Virus record (IMG/VR): IMGVR_UViG_3300011008_000999 | Strand: one strand, 5' to 3' | DNA from: a virus | Lineage: Duplodnaviria; Caudoviricetes | DNA: 64,000 nt | Notes under the pieces: model-generated | What the model was told of the DNA's origin: nothing | Databases searched by the model: none | What the model saw: the letters and a program-made list of their open reading frames with translations, nothing else | In this document: piece after piece, positions 1 to 10,704 of the stretch | Layout of the letters: the number at the start of each line of letters is the position of its first letter | Position numbering within the stretch: the stretch's first letter is position 1 | Made by a program: the position numbers and the translations under genes

Positions 1-427
1 CGGTAAGTGCAATTTGTTTCTTATTAGCACTATTACTAGAATAATATGTAACTAAATAAGATCCAATAACTTCTGTATTTACTTCACCTTCAATTGAGTA
101 TGTGTATACTGAATTATCTGGATTCATAAATGCTTCATATTCTTTTGTATTTACCTCATCAATAAATTTTTCAGCACTAAAATCAAATTGATAAGGAATA
201 TCTACTGAAAATCCATCATCAGTTTTATTTACGTATTTTAACACTAATTGAGGATTTACAAACATGTCATATAAATAATCTCTAAAAACAAAGCCTGAAG
301 TACAAGCAATTATAATAAGAGAAATTATTGTTGCAAGTGCAATTTTAGGCAAAGGATTGATGTGAACCTCTTTACCTAAAGTAATATCAGCAGTACCAGC
401 GTATCGCCATGTCATTACTTTACTCAT
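1..427 (-). CDS. Membrane-anchored Ig-like (DUF5011-like) protein, paralog 3, runs off the window edge
   Basis: Not in the ORF track. My translation from ATG 427 is MSKVMTWRYAGTADITLG...TM...GFVFRDYLYDMFVNP...YSIEGEVNTEVIGSYLVTYYSSN, clearly similar to the two upstream genes. Confidence 0.8.
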   Translation of the reverse strand, partial: MSKVMTWRYAGTADITLGKEVHINPLPKIALATIISLIIIACTSGFVFRDYLYDMFVNPQLVLKYVNKTDDGFSVDIPYQFDFSAEKFIDEVNTKEYEAFMNPDNSVYTYSIEGEVNTEVIGSYLVTYYSSNSANKKQIALT

Positions 428-452
428 GACAGCTCATCATCTCCTTTCGTCT

Positions 453-1535
453 TTAATCTCCCCACATTCCAGTACCATCATCATATATATTAACACCGCT
501 ACCTCCATTAGTGTTTTGATTATTATTAGCGTCATTATTAGTAGGTTGAGTTTGTGTAGGAGTAGTATTCTGATTATTATTTCCACTGGGCTTAGCAGTA
601 GAAATTTTGGTATCAGGATGCTCCTTATTAAATTCATTTACAAGTGGTTGTAATTCAGCTAAGTCATTATTTAATGTAGTTACTATAATATTTTCATCAA
701 ATGTTATAACTAATTCAACACTTGCAGAATCTTTAAGAGCGTTTTCTCGATTCTCTGCCACAATATATTCAATTCTATAATTACGAACTGGTTCAATATG
801 TAATGGTAAAATATCTTCTTTATATTTTGTATCAGCTGTAATATGATTATCTACCCATTCAGATAGATCATCTGATTTTAGATCATTTAACCAAGATATG
901 TCTTTATACATATTTCTAATATCAGATAATGAAATTTCTGCACCGTCGTCATCATAGATAGTCCAACTAGTAGATACATCATAGTAGTTATCACTTACAT
1001 TTTTAATGTAGCTGTCTGGACTAAATGTTTTTATAGCTTCATCTGTACAGGCTATAGTTTCAACATTTTTAGTAAGTTCAATTAAAGGTTTTTCATTATC
1101 AGATATTCTAATTGTTACCGGAATTTCTTGCGAATTTATTCTATTTGAGGATCTATATACAATAGTATATTCACCACAAACATCTGTATTGACATCTCCT
1201 TCTATATCACATTTATATCGTGAATTTTCAGATATAAATTTGTCATATCTAAGAGTTCTATTTTCATCAATATATGCATACTTGTCAAATTTAGAATTTA
1301 CTTCTATATCGATAAAATAAGTTCCATTTTCAGATTTTACTAAATTGTTTAGTTCAATATGAGGATTAAATATTACATCATATAGATAATTTCTGAGAAG
1401 GAAGCCAGCCATACAAGCAACTGCAATTAAGCCTATAATAGAAAATAAAATAATTTTAGGGGCTTTACTCTCCTTAATTTCACCAAACACAATGTCTGGT
1501 TTGCCCTTATATTTCCACTTCATTACTTTACTCAT
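453..1535 (-). CDS. Membrane-anchored Ig-like (DUF5011-like) protein, paralog 2
   Basis: N-terminal TM; IEGDVNTDVCGEYTIVY..S..(V)TIRISDNEKPLIEL Ig-like motif; N/T-rich tail. Confidence 0.75.
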   Translation of the reverse strand: MSKVMKWKYKGKPDIVFGEIKESKAPKIILFSIIGLIAVACMAGFLLRNYLYDVIFNPHIELNNLVKSENGTYFIDIEVNSKFDKYAYIDENRTLRYDKFISENSRYKCDIEGDVNTDVCGEYTIVYRSSNRINSQEIPVTIRISDNEKPLIELTKNVETIACTDEAIKTFSPDSYIKNVSDNYYDVSTSWTIYDDDGAEISLSDIRNMYKDISWLNDLKSDDLSEWVDNHITADTKYKEDILPLHIEPVRNYRIEYIVAENRENALKDSASVELVITFDENIIVTTLNNDLAELQPLVNEFNKEHPDTKISTAKPSGNNNQNTTPTQTQPTNNDANNNQNTNGGSGVNIYDDGTGMWGD

Positions 1536-1578
1536 ATTGTTTAGCTTCCTTTCAGAAATTCATAGTATTTCCTCTTTC

Positions 1579-2736
1579 TTATTTAGATTCTTCTTCAGTA
1601 GTTTCAGTTTCTTCTGTTGTTTCTTCAGATGGCTCTTCTGTATTTTCTGTAGGTAGTTCACCTTCTACAATAATAGTCTGAGTACATGTTTGTCCATCTG
1701 TAGTAAACCAAACTACATGATAAGTGCCTGGTTCTGTAACAGGTTCGGTAATAAATGCTCCAGAGACTGGATATAACACAACTTCTCCATAGTAAGTTAC
1801 ATTATTCATTGCACTTTTAACAAATTCAGAAGGATCATTAGAAAGAGACCAAGTAAAGTCTTTTGCACTCATTTCAGGTATAACCACTATTTCTGGTTCA
1901 CCTTCTTTTTGTTTCCAGTTACCTACGAGAATATTAAGTTCTCTTTCCATTTCTGCAATACGTTCTTTTTGAGCGTCTGCAATAGCATCATATTTATCCA
2001 TAACAATAATTGGAAGAATAGTGACACTAGAATTTCCAGCTTTATCTACTGCTGTATAGATAACTTCGAAGTTTTTAGTTCCAGTTCCGTCTTCAAGATC
2101 TATATCTTGACCTGTATTTTCAAGTTTAATATTTTTTTCTTCGTCAAAGTCGTCAGTAACTTCTAGAATATATTTGTTTGCATTAAAGTCTAAAGTACCT
2201 AATGACGAACCTTCATTATGAACACCTCTTACTAAAACGATTGGATCATATTCACCACCTTCATTAAGAGTAGCATCTAATTTAATTACAGGTGCAGTAA
2301 GATCTTTTACATGGACTAATACTTGTACACTTCTCTTATTCATTTTATTTGCAGATGAATAAGTAAGAGTATAGTCACCAAGAGTATTAGTATCTACTGA
2401 ACCTTCAATAGAATAAGTATAATCCTTATTGTTAGGATCCATAAAGTCGTTATATTTAAGTGTGTTATTTTCATCAATATAATTTTCTGGTTTAAAGTCA
2501 TATCTATACGGAATATTTAGATAGTAACCAGCTTCACTGTAATTTGCATATACATTTACTTGTGGATTATAAACAACGTCATAAATGTAATCTCTTAAAA
2601 TGAAGCCAGCGCCGCATAGAGTTAAAATAACGAAAGCCGATATTATTGCTATGATAGTAGGCAAAGGGCTATTCGCTTTGGCGCCGAATGACTCGGATGC
2701 ACGACCCTTATAATACCATTCTTGTATTTGACTCAT
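1579..2736 (-). CDS. Membrane-anchored Ig-like (DUF5011-like) protein, paralog 1
   Basis: Start moved to MSQIQEWYYKG at 2736 (ATGA overlap with the upstream stop, GGAG upstream, matches paralog N-termini); GSVDTNTLGDYTLTY, VKDLTAPVI and YTAVDKAGN motifs. Confidence 0.75.
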   Translation of the reverse strand: MSQIQEWYYKGRASESFGAKANSPLPTIIAIISAFVILTLCGAGFILRDYIYDVVYNPQVNVYANYSEAGYYLNIPYRYDFKPENYIDENNTLKYNDFMDPNNKDYTYSIEGSVDTNTLGDYTLTYSSANKMNKRSVQVLVHVKDLTAPVIKLDATLNEGGEYDPIVLVRGVHNEGSSLGTLDFNANKYILEVTDDFDEEKNIKLENTGQDIDLEDGTGTKNFEVIYTAVDKAGNSSVTILPIIVMDKYDAIADAQKERIAEMERELNILVGNWKQKEGEPEIVVIPEMSAKDFTWSLSNDPSEFVKSAMNNVTYYGEVVLYPVSGAFITEPVTEPGTYHVVWFTTDGQTCTQTIIVEGELPTENTEEPSEETTEETETTEEESK

Positions 2737-3608
2737 ACAACTCCTCTTCCTTTCAAGAATATTAGTGCAATTAAACCTATGTCTATTGCTAAAACTACTA
2801 TATCTAATATAGTATTTATCAATCCACCAGTAGTGCAAGTTACTAAGAAATGACATTTATACCAACAATGTCCGCCAATTGGAATTGGCCACAATAAAGG
2901 CACTCCACCGTCTGCGAAGAAATCCTCCAGACAGTGAAATAAATAGCCAAAACCTATACATAGACCTAAGATCCTTAAATGATTATAATCTAATGTAAAT
3001 GTATAGATCAGAACAAGTACTGGAAGAATATAACTAATTAGTTTAGGCAGTTTGAACCATTTTACTAATCTATATAAGATCATATCACTACCACAAAGAA
3101 CTGCCATAAAGAGAACTATAATGAAGAATAAAATTGCTACATTATTTTGTAAGAATCTGCCAAATGTTTCTTCTCGTATTCCACCAAAAATTGTTGTTTC
3201 TCCAGTAGGCATTCCAAACCAAAATAGACATATTATTCCTGCACTCGCAACTAATGTGTGCCAAAAATATCTATGTGGAGTCATCGGCATTCTTTCTCTT
3301 CTTGTATGAACTAATGTCCATATAACAGAGCTTGTAGACTGCATAAAAATAGTAATGATGCTTCCCATGAATCCTAATGTGGATCCAGCAGAACTAGAAC
3401 AGTTATCTAGGTCAGGAAGTAGGGCACCACCTACTAAAACTGTTAAGCCTACAATAAAGAATAAGATGTTATCTTTCAATAGCCAAAGAGTTTCTTCGAA
3501 GACATTTACAGGAATAAGCAAACAAATGCATAGGAACATTACGCTTAGGAGAGCGTGAGTTTTTCCCATCCAACCATATACGTTGGAATTCACTATAAAT
3601 TTTCTCAT
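2733..3608 (-). CDS. Membrane-bound metal-dependent hydrolase (YdjM/DUF457-like)
   Basis: GKTH, GALLPDLD, HRYFWHT and HCLEDFFADGGVPLLWP motifs; several TM segments. Confidence 0.8.
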   Translation of the reverse strand: MRKFIVNSNVYGWMGKTHALLSVMFLCICLLIPVNVFEETLWLLKDNILFFIVGLTVLVGGALLPDLDNCSSSAGSTLGFMGSIITIFMQSTSSVIWTLVHTRRERMPMTPHRYFWHTLVASAGIICLFWFGMPTGETTIFGGIREETFGRFLQNNVAILFFIIVLFMAVLCGSDMILYRLVKWFKLPKLISYILPVLVLIYTFTLDYNHLRILGLCIGFGYLFHCLEDFFADGGVPLLWPIPIGGHCWYKCHFLVTCTTGGLINTILDIVVLAIDIGLIALIFLKGRGVV

Positions 3609-4561
3609 TTTTTAATTTTCCCTTCGATTTCTTGTTTGAACTGTATAATATCTTGATTATTCCAAAGCACTATATAATTCAAATTATACTTAATTGCGCT
3701 ATTATGTTTTAATACGTCACTATTTGACCAAACTTTAACTGCAGCTTTATACTGTTTATGCCCTAATTTAGCTTTTTCTTGCCATTTACATAATTTAGCT
3801 ACATCATTTGGATTATTTTCATTAAACCAATGGAAACCATGCATCCAATATAAATTAAGTTCAATAAACATATCTGATGATTTTATATAAAAATTACACA
3901 TATACGGATATCTGTTATCAGATGAATAATTTCTAAATACATCTTGTTTATCAAATATAGTTAACAACCATTCATAAAAATCATTTTCTGGTTTAGACGT
4001 ACTTAATGTACCATTTTGTCGTTTAATTTCTCTTACTTTATAATAAAAGCCATCTTTTTCTGTTTGAGATCTATTTAACATATACTCTCTAGTAGATTTA
4101 CTAATTTTATTACGTACTTCTTGTAATTTAACTGGTTCTTCTACACCATATTTTTCTAAATTATTTTTATGTCTAGTGTTAATAACTCTATCAGATATTT
4201 CTTTAGATTTTTGACAATTATCTACACCATAATGTTTTATTAAGGTTTGTTTCATTTTATTTTTAACTATATCTGATTGATTTGAACTTTCAACTCCATA
4301 TCTTTTCAAACATGTAGATTTAATTTTATCTTGTGTAGTTTTATCTAATTGTGCATGACTAATACAACAATGATTTTGATAACCTTTAAACAAACCATAA
4401 AAAGGTGTTTCATTATTGCATGTATCTAACTTACATATTCCTTCGTTATCAGTTCTTATATATAAATCATAATATTGTTTAGCTGATAAATTATGTTTAT
4501 GTAAATGAGATCCCATACCTCTAGAAGTTGTTGCATTAAAGCCACATATTGCACAAATCAT
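3605..4561 (-). CDS. Free-standing homing-endonuclease-like protein (Zn finger, KYGVE repeats, C-terminal Vsr/PD-(D/E)XK-like domain)
   Basis: CxxC...HxxxH; repeated KRYGVE/KHYGVD/EKYGVE; SKPE...FYI...FIELN..WMHG; more AT-rich than its neighbours. Confidence 0.7.
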   Translation of the reverse strand: MICAICGFNATTSRGMGSHLHKHNLSAKQYYDLYIRTDNEGICKLDTCNNETPFYGLFKGYQNHCCISHAQLDKTTQDKIKSTCLKRYGVESSNQSDIVKNKMKQTLIKHYGVDNCQKSKEISDRVINTRHKNNLEKYGVEEPVKLQEVRNKISKSTREYMLNRSQTEKDGFYYKVREIKRQNGTLSTSKPENDFYEWLLTIFDKQDVFRNYSSDNRYPYMCNFYIKSSDMFIELNLYWMHGFHWFNENNPNDVAKLCKWQEKAKLGHKQYKAAVKVWSNSDVLKHNSAIKYNLNYIVLWNNQDIIQFKQEIEGKIKK

Positions 4562-4600
4562 TTCTACACCTCCATTGTCTTAATTTCCTTTCTTATAAAA

Positions 4601-4640
4601 TAGATAGGCGGCCATATAAAGAACTATATGACCGCCATCT
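4601..4640 (-). terminator. Hairpin, probable intrinsic terminator
   Basis: agataggcggccatata...tatatgaccgccatct imperfect inverted repeat just after the stop at 4651. Confidence 0.55.
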
Positions 4641-4650
4641 TATAATAGTT

Positions 4651-7600
4651 TTACTGTCTTCCACCATTATTTGTAGATTCACCGTAAATTCCTTTAATCA
4701 TACGACGATCTTGATTCATCGCATCCATCTTTTGCTCATCAACAACATAATCTGCTCTAGTAGCTTCAGCTCCATGTGATATAGACTGAGTCTGTGATTC
4801 AATCACACTAGCCATCTGTTGCTGTTGTGCTCTAGCTTCACCTTGTCTTGCTTCAGCTGCTGATACAGCTTCTCTCTGATTAATTACAGAACTCATATCA
4901 GGCTGAGGTCTAGCTTGAGCTGGATTAGTGTACATATTATGTCCTGCATTCTGCTGAGGATTTCTAGCAGGAGCAGCCTGTGGCTGAGGCTGTGCATTTT
5001 GCTGAGGTCTAGCCTGTGGCTGAGGTCTAGCTTGTGGTTGCACAGGAATATCACCAGGAATAGGTCCAACATCAAGATTATTTACTGCATTATTAGATGC
5101 ATTTGATCTTGACTGAGGCTGTGTTGGCGCAGGATTACTGTACATATTAGGTGCAGGTTGTGCCTGAGGTTGAGACTTAGCTTGAGCCTGTTGTTGTGGC
5201 TGAGGTTTAGGCTGCGCCTGTGGCTGAGGCTGTGTTGCATGTGTAGTAGTCTTAGGTGCATTTGCTTCTGCTGCATTAACTACTGCAGACATATTAGGTG
5301 TTTCATTAGAATCTGCTGTAGGAGTTGGAGTAGCACCATTAGATCTATTATTAATTGCACTCTGAAGTTGTTCTTGAACAGAAGCTCTTTCAAGACCTCT
5401 CTTACCTGCATCTGCTTTAGCAGTCTTATACTGATCTTTAACTGCTGCTTTCTGCTTACCATGTTCTTCAGCTTGGCGTTTCATCTCAGTATCAAGTGCG
5501 GCTTTAGCTGCATCATATTTCTCTTGAGTATCAGCTTCTTCAACTCTTGCCTGTAAATGTTCTCTAACATGTGCATCTGCTGAGTGCTTATCACCATCAT
5601 AGTGCTGAGATACTTTATCAACAATATCTCTAACTGCTTGTTTAGCTTCGCTGTCTTTACCTTCAGCTTTCATAATATCTTCGCCATTCTGAAGCTGACT
5701 TAACTGAAGCATAGCGGCTGCTTGAGCTTCAGCTGCTGCTTTATTAAGTTTCTGAGTAGAATCACGACCGATTTTACCTTGTGCTGAAGTATTATTAACT
5801 TCTTTAGACATAGCGGCAATAGCAGTATTAAGAGTTGCTTCCATCTCATCTCTATGTTTCTCGATAGCTGCTTTCTTTGTAGCGTTTTCAATCTTAGAAT
5901 CAAGATCTCCACCTTCAGCTGCATCATAATCAAGACCACGTTTAGCCATAGCTTCTCTAGCTGCACGTTCCTTAATTGCTTCAGTAATCTTACCTTTTTC
6001 AGCTTTGATCTGATTCTTCTTAGCTTCAATCTTAGACTTATAAGCAGCAAGTCTAGCTGCATCTTCAGTAGACATTGTACGCGCTTCTTCGCCTTCTTTA
6101 AGTTTAGCATTTTCTCTCTGAAGGTCTGCTTTCATCTTAAGAAGATCCTGGTAATCTGCATTATTCTCAAGCTCCTCAAGTTCATCTCTATGAGCTCTAC
6201 GATCTGCAACCATTCTTCTTTCTTCTTCTGAAAGTTTAGCATCATCATAAGTATCTTCACCAAATTCATCTTTACCAGTAACAGCATCAGTTACAGTAGT
6301 ATCAATTTCATGGTGAATACCTCTGTCTTCATGATCTGCTTCATTATAAATAGCTGCACGCTTACGTTCAACTTCAAGCTCAGCATTTTCACGAATCTGT
6401 CTAGCAGAATCTGCCTTATTCTTCTGACGATCTTTATTAAGCTTAGTATGCATTCCAATAAGACCTTCATGCTCATTACCTTCTGCAAATACTGCATTTG
6501 CACCAGTATGCATGAGTTTAGATAATGCATCACCACCGTGTTTCTCGTAAATAGGTTGACCATCTGCATCGTATCCAACGATTTTACCATTACCTTTATC
6601 GTAAGCTTCAATACCTTGTCTAGCTTTAGCTTTAGCCCAGTTCTTAGCTGCTCTTCTACCATTAACAAGTTCAGGAGCAATCTGTCTTTCAGTTTGTTCC
6701 ATAATCTGTTTGATCTTCTGAGCAATCATTGGATTAAAGTAAAGTAATAAGATAAGTAAAGCCATAGTAGCTAACAGTGGTAAAATATCAGGTTTGAACA
6801 TTGCACATACTGTATAGATAATAATATCAAAGATAATTGAATATACAGTAATCTCTAAGAATGATACTACTAACATACCAAGAATTGCTTTACCAGTCTT
6901 AACCAATTTCTGATTAGATGTAAGAATTAATGGACCTGCAAGAGTCATTCCTAATAGTGAAATGAACATCTGAATTTTAGCAATTACTACATTAAGTGCA
7001 TACTTAAATAACACAATTGCTAAGAGAATAAGTACAATTGCAAATACAAGTAAGCATAAGAATCTTGGACCACCACCAGGACTAGCAAAAGATCTAGTAG
7101 TATTTTCGATCAATTCTGTTACTGCAGCATTACTAGCATTAGCATTATGTTGTACCTGTAAGTACGTCATTATAGATGACAATTTATTGTGAACTGACTG
7201 TGTATCAGTATCAGGGAAAGTTGCATTAAGACTAGTTTTCTGTGTAGCACTAGAATTAGCAAACCAATAATAATAACCTAAGTTGTCATTAAAGTCATCA
7301 TGCATATCAGCTGAATCTACACCAGCTAAATATGTTGCTGCAACTGATCCACCCGAATCACCAAATTTATCAAATTTAAGTTCATCTACACTTGATACAT
7401 CAAACTGTGAACATAACTGTAAATCAATAAATGCCTTATTGACAAGAGACATTTCGCACATTTGAATAATCTCTGTTTCATGTTCAGCGTCTGTAATATC
7501 AATTTCAAAGGCATGTCCATCACCACCGACTGATAGTGATTCTGCAACGGTGTACATAACTTTACTTGCTAAAGTAGAAATACTTGAACCAAGTGAAGAA

Positions 7601-8475
7601 ATACGACCAGTTAAACACATACCAATAATAATTAAACCGATACCAATAGTACCAAGAATTTCCCAAATACCTTGAGTTTTAGTACCACCTTTTGCCCATT
7701 TAATTGCAAAAGCTGCGATAGTGAAAATCAAAATTAAGATACAAAAACCAGTGAATGCCGATAATTTAAGATGATCTCCATCCCAAATAAAGTTCTTAGT
7801 CATTACATCATTCAAACCATCAAGATTAAGAATATCCATTATGATTTTAAGACTGATATTCTTAGCTCTTACAATAAGGCTAATAATAAGAACTGCAACC
7901 CATGCAAGTCCTTTAACTACCCAATATAATGCACCACCTATCCATTTAGTAAAACCAGTTTTAGTCATAGTTGATGCGTAAAGTCTTAATGATTTTACAT
8001 TACCAGCATTAATCTGTTCTGCAGTAGGAACATTTTCGAAACTATCTGAATCTACACCAGAACCCCAATAAGACGCTGCATCTACACCACCACAAGCAGC
8101 GCCATATCCAGGATTAGTTCCACCTGCATCAGTACCATCTTCTGCATAATATCCTTCCCAACCATCTCTATACTCTTCATCTTCATCATCATAAATCTGA
8201 GCATAAGGAAATTCGCCATGATACCATACTAATGATCTAGTAGTTCCGTATAAAACATCCATACTAACCATACTTATAGTAGCAGTAGATGAATCATAAG
8301 GATATGTATCAATTTTAGAAGCATCAATAGAATTTGAATAATCTTCCCAATTCGAGTCTGCTTCATGGAAACTAACTGAAGCATTAGCTGCTTTAAATGT
8401 AAAGAGGACACCAATTAGTAATATTACAGCTAATGATATAATTGGCAAAAGATTTTGTCTTATTGCTTTATTCAT
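4651..8475 (-). CDS. Large polytopic membrane protein, VirB6/TcpH-like transfer channel candidate with coiled-coil and Q/P-rich tail
   Basis: Signal peptide, two TM clusters separated by an extracellular loop, long charged helical tail; conjugation-like context. Confidence 0.55.
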   Translation of the reverse strand: MNKAIRQNLLPIISLAVILLIGVLFTFKAANASVSFHEADSNWEDYSNSIDASKIDTYPYDSSTATISMVSMDVLYGTTRSLVWYHGEFPYAQIYDDEDEEYRDGWEGYYAEDGTDAGGTNPGYGAACGGVDAASYWGSGVDSDSFENVPTAEQINAGNVKSLRLYASTMTKTGFTKWIGGALYWVVKGLAWVAVLIISLIVRAKNISLKIIMDILNLDGLNDVMTKNFIWDGDHLKLSAFTGFCILILIFTIAAFAIKWAKGGTKTQGIWEILGTIGIGLIIIGMCLTGRISSLGSSISTLASKVMYTVAESLSVGGDGHAFEIDITDAEHETEIIQMCEMSLVNKAFIDLQLCSQFDVSSVDELKFDKFGDSGGSVAATYLAGVDSADMHDDFNDNLGYYYWFANSSATQKTSLNATFPDTDTQSVHNKLSSIMTYLQVQHNANASNAAVTELIENTTRSFASPGGGPRFLCLLVFAIVLILLAIVLFKYALNVVIAKIQMFISLLGMTLAGPLILTSNQKLVKTGKAILGMLVVSFLEITVYSIIFDIIIYTVCAMFKPDILPLLATMALLILLLYFNPMIAQKIKQIMEQTERQIAPELVNGRRAAKNWAKAKARQGIEAYDKGNGKIVGYDADGQPIYEKHGGDALSKLMHTGANAVFAEGNEHEGLIGMHTKLNKDRQKNKADSARQIRENAELEVERKRAAIYNEADHEDRGIHHEIDTTVTDAVTGKDEFGEDTYDDAKLSEEERRMVADRRAHRDELEELENNADYQDLLKMKADLQRENAKLKEGEEARTMSTEDAARLAAYKSKIEAKKNQIKAEKGKITEAIKERAAREAMAKRGLDYDAAEGGDLDSKIENATKKAAIEKHRDEMEATLNTAIAAMSKEVNNTSAQGKIGRDSTQKLNKAAAEAQAAAMLQLSQLQNGEDIMKAEGKDSEAKQAVRDIVDKVSQHYDGDKHSADAHVREHLQARVEEADTQEKYDAAKAALDTEMKRQAEEHGKQKAAVKDQYKTAKADAGKRGLERASVQEQLQSAINNRSNGATPTPTADSNETPNMSAVVNAAEANAPKTTTHATQPQPQAQPKPQPQQQAQAKSQPQAQPAPNMYSNPAPTQPQSRSNASNNAVNNLDVGPIPGDIPVQPQARPQPQARPQQNAQPQPQAAPARNPQQNAGHNMYTNPAQARPQPDMSSVINQREAVSAAEARQGEARAQQQQMASVIESQTQSISHGAEATRADYVVDEQKMDAMNQDRRMIKGIYGESTNNGGRQ

Positions 8476-8492
8476 TTACTAATTTTCCTCCT

Positions 8493-9035
8493 TTATCCAG
8501 CATTATCTCCATTCTGTATTGATTCCCATTCTTCTATTGATACGCATCTTAAGAAACTATGCATACTCTTTGGATCATAAGTACAAATATATCTAAGCTT
8601 TGCACCATCAGCGTATGAGACATCAATATAAACATGTGATTCATCAGTTATGTCAGCTATTTCTTCTAATATAACTTTTCCATGATCTTCGACATCGTAT
8701 TTAGTACGATTATCTAATTTAGTAACCATTGCAGATTTATCTGCTGACTGTTCTGGTGTTAATCTCTCGATATGATTGATATTAACATCATTAATAGTCA
8801 AAATCTTATTTTCAACAGGAGTTGGTTCTTCAATTGGTTCTTCCTCCTGTTCATGTGTTTCATTATATGCATAATTATGCTCTTGTTCAACCGGAGTTTC
8901 TTCTTCCGGTTTAGGCCTAAATATTGCAATTAAAATTAGAGTGATTACAAAAACAGAAAGAAGAATACTCAATAGAATAATCCTCGCTTTTTTACTCATT
9001 GCTATATTCTCCTTTACATATTTGCTATCCAGCAA
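8493..9035 (-). CDS. Single-pass membrane protein
   Basis: N-terminal TM and acidic linker; likely start is MSKKAR near 8999. Confidence 0.65.
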   Translation of the reverse strand: MLDSKYVKENIAMSKKARIILLSILLSVFVITLILIAIFRPKPEEETPVEQEHNYAYNETHEQEEEPIEEPTPVENKILTINDVNINHIERLTPEQSADKSAMVTKLDNRTKYDVEDHGKVILEEIADITDESHVYIDVSYADGAKLRYICTYDPKSMHSFLRCVSIEEWESIQNGDNAG

Positions 9036-10384
9036 ATTCTTAAAATTTTTAATCCGCCTGCAGAATTAGATCCGGAATTAAGAAGTGTATTTAATTCAGA
9101 AGCTTTCCAAGCAAATGTATCTGAAATAGGTCCTTCAAAACCACCAGCTAATCCCATAGCAGAGTCGATTATATACCATTCACCACCATCATATTTGGTG
9201 AGTAATACTGCATGCTGTCCGTCACCATAATCAAAGTACATTAAGATTCCGGCTTCTGCACAAACTGCACTATTACTAAAGAGATCTTTAATATAATCTC
9301 CAGTAATTGCAGAACCTTCAGCAGTAGTTTCCTGACATACCATATCTGCTACAGTAGTTGTACCAGTCCAATAAACAGCCCAAGATGAACCGGGAGCTCT
9401 ATTAGCTACCGATAAATCGAAAACCCAATTTTCATTTGCACTATTATCGGCATAAAAATCACTAGTCATTTCGTAAGATTCATAATCAATTGAATCATCA
9501 CGTAAATAACCCCAATTAGACATTGTCCAACTACTTATACCATTCTTTAATGCAAATTTACAAGCACCATTAGGTTTATTTCTATTTGCAGGTTTAATAA
9601 GACTAGTAGTTCTGACAGTTGTAGTACCATTAATACAGTGTCTAATAGTCGTAGGAGTAGCTAAATGATCTGTTACTAATACTTGACCTGGAGGACTATA
9701 TTGTCCGTCTTCTTTCCATAAATAATCAAAGAAGTTAAGATCTTTCATAGTATAATAACGCATCATCATATTAGCAGTAGCGCAGTCAGTGCATGGACCA
9801 GAACCATCTTGAATGATGTAATGTCCATTCAATTCTTCAAGTTCGAACAGACCTTTATCACCACAATATTGCTGATATACTGCAGTTTTCTTTAATGAAC
9901 CATCTGCTTCAGTATCACAATAATAATGCGGTGTAGGAGTTGCAGCTTGAGCTACACTAATAATGAATATCGTAGCAAATGAACCAACTAATACTACAGC
10001 TGATGCAATAGCTAATGGATATGCATGTGCAGCGATCCAAGATGCCATTTTCTGCAATTTGAGAAAAAGTTCCTTTAATTTCTTATAAAAGTCAGTACCC
10101 TTAAATTTTTGACCTGCTTTATTGCCTAATAATTGTGCTTTAGCTTTAAGACCTTTAGCGTTGGCTAAATCTTTACCGAGTGCAGCTGCGCCTTTAATTG
10201 GTTTAGCGGCATTATCAATACCTTGTTTAATTTGTCTTCCAGTATGTGCAACACTGTCTCCGGCAAATTTGCCTTTTTGTTTTATTCCATCGGCAGCATT
10301 CTTTGAAATATTATTGACACGTCTTTCAACGGTCTTGGCAAATCTCTGCCCCCATTTATCAGCGCCACCATCTTTAAGTCCCAT
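9014..10384 (-). CDS. Membrane-anchored papain-like (C39-like) cysteine peptidase
   Basis: Q..GSGPCTDCATANM (Q/C), HAVLLTKY (H) and YIIDSA (D) in catalytic order; basic N-terminus then TM. Confidence 0.6.
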   Translation of the reverse strand: MGLKDGGADKWGQRFAKTVERRVNNISKNAADGIKQKGKFAGDSVAHTGRQIKQGIDNAAKPIKGAAALGKDLANAKGLKAKAQLLGNKAGQKFKGTDFYKKLKELFLKLQKMASWIAAHAYPLAIASAVVLVGSFATIFIISVAQAATPTPHYYCDTEADGSLKKTAVYQQYCGDKGLFELEELNGHYIIQDGSGPCTDCATANMMMRYYTMKDLNFFDYLWKEDGQYSPPGQVLVTDHLATPTTIRHCINGTTTVRTTSLIKPANRNKPNGACKFALKNGISSWTMSNWGYLRDDSIDYESYEMTSDFYADNSANENWVFDLSVANRAPGSSWAVYWTGTTTVADMVCQETTAEGSAITGDYIKDLFSNSAVCAEAGILMYFDYGDGQHAVLLTKYDGGEWYIIDSAMGLAGGFEGPISDTFAWKASELNTLLNSGSNSAGGLKILRICWIANM

Positions 10385-10389
10385 AGGAC

Positions 10390-10692
10390 TTACTCCTCGC
10401 CTCTAAGAACTGATAAAATACTGTCCTGCTGCTTCTTATTAAGACCAGCTGAGAGTGAAGAGATAAATCCCTTAATTTTCTCCTGATTAGCCTTAATAGA
10501 AAATTCAGTATTATTCTTGTCGACTGTTCCAGATATATCAATATAATTGATACCTTTTTCCTGTCTTACTGCAATAGCTGCATTGTCGAGAACGTGGCAA
10601 CATCTTTTCTTACCAACATTCTCGTCAGATGCACGACATAAACTACAGCCGCCATCTTTGCGAGTACGCATCATTGCTGTCATTGTAATCAC
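10390..10692 (-). CDS. Small Cys/His protein (possible Zn-binding)
   Basis: CSLCRASDENVGKKRCCH; strong GGAGGTG RBS. Confidence 0.65.
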   Translation of the reverse strand: MITMTAMMRTRKDGGCSLCRASDENVGKKRCCHVLDNAAIAVRQEKGINYIDISGTVDKNNTEFSIKANQEKIKGFISSLSAGLNKKQQDSILSVLRGEE

Positions 10693-10704
10693 CTCCTATA
10701 TTAT

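Noticed and set aside
4890-5240. Short tandem repeats (ggctgagg) here and at 31620-31930 and 46700-46740
   Set aside because: They encode Q/P low-complexity linkers within proteins
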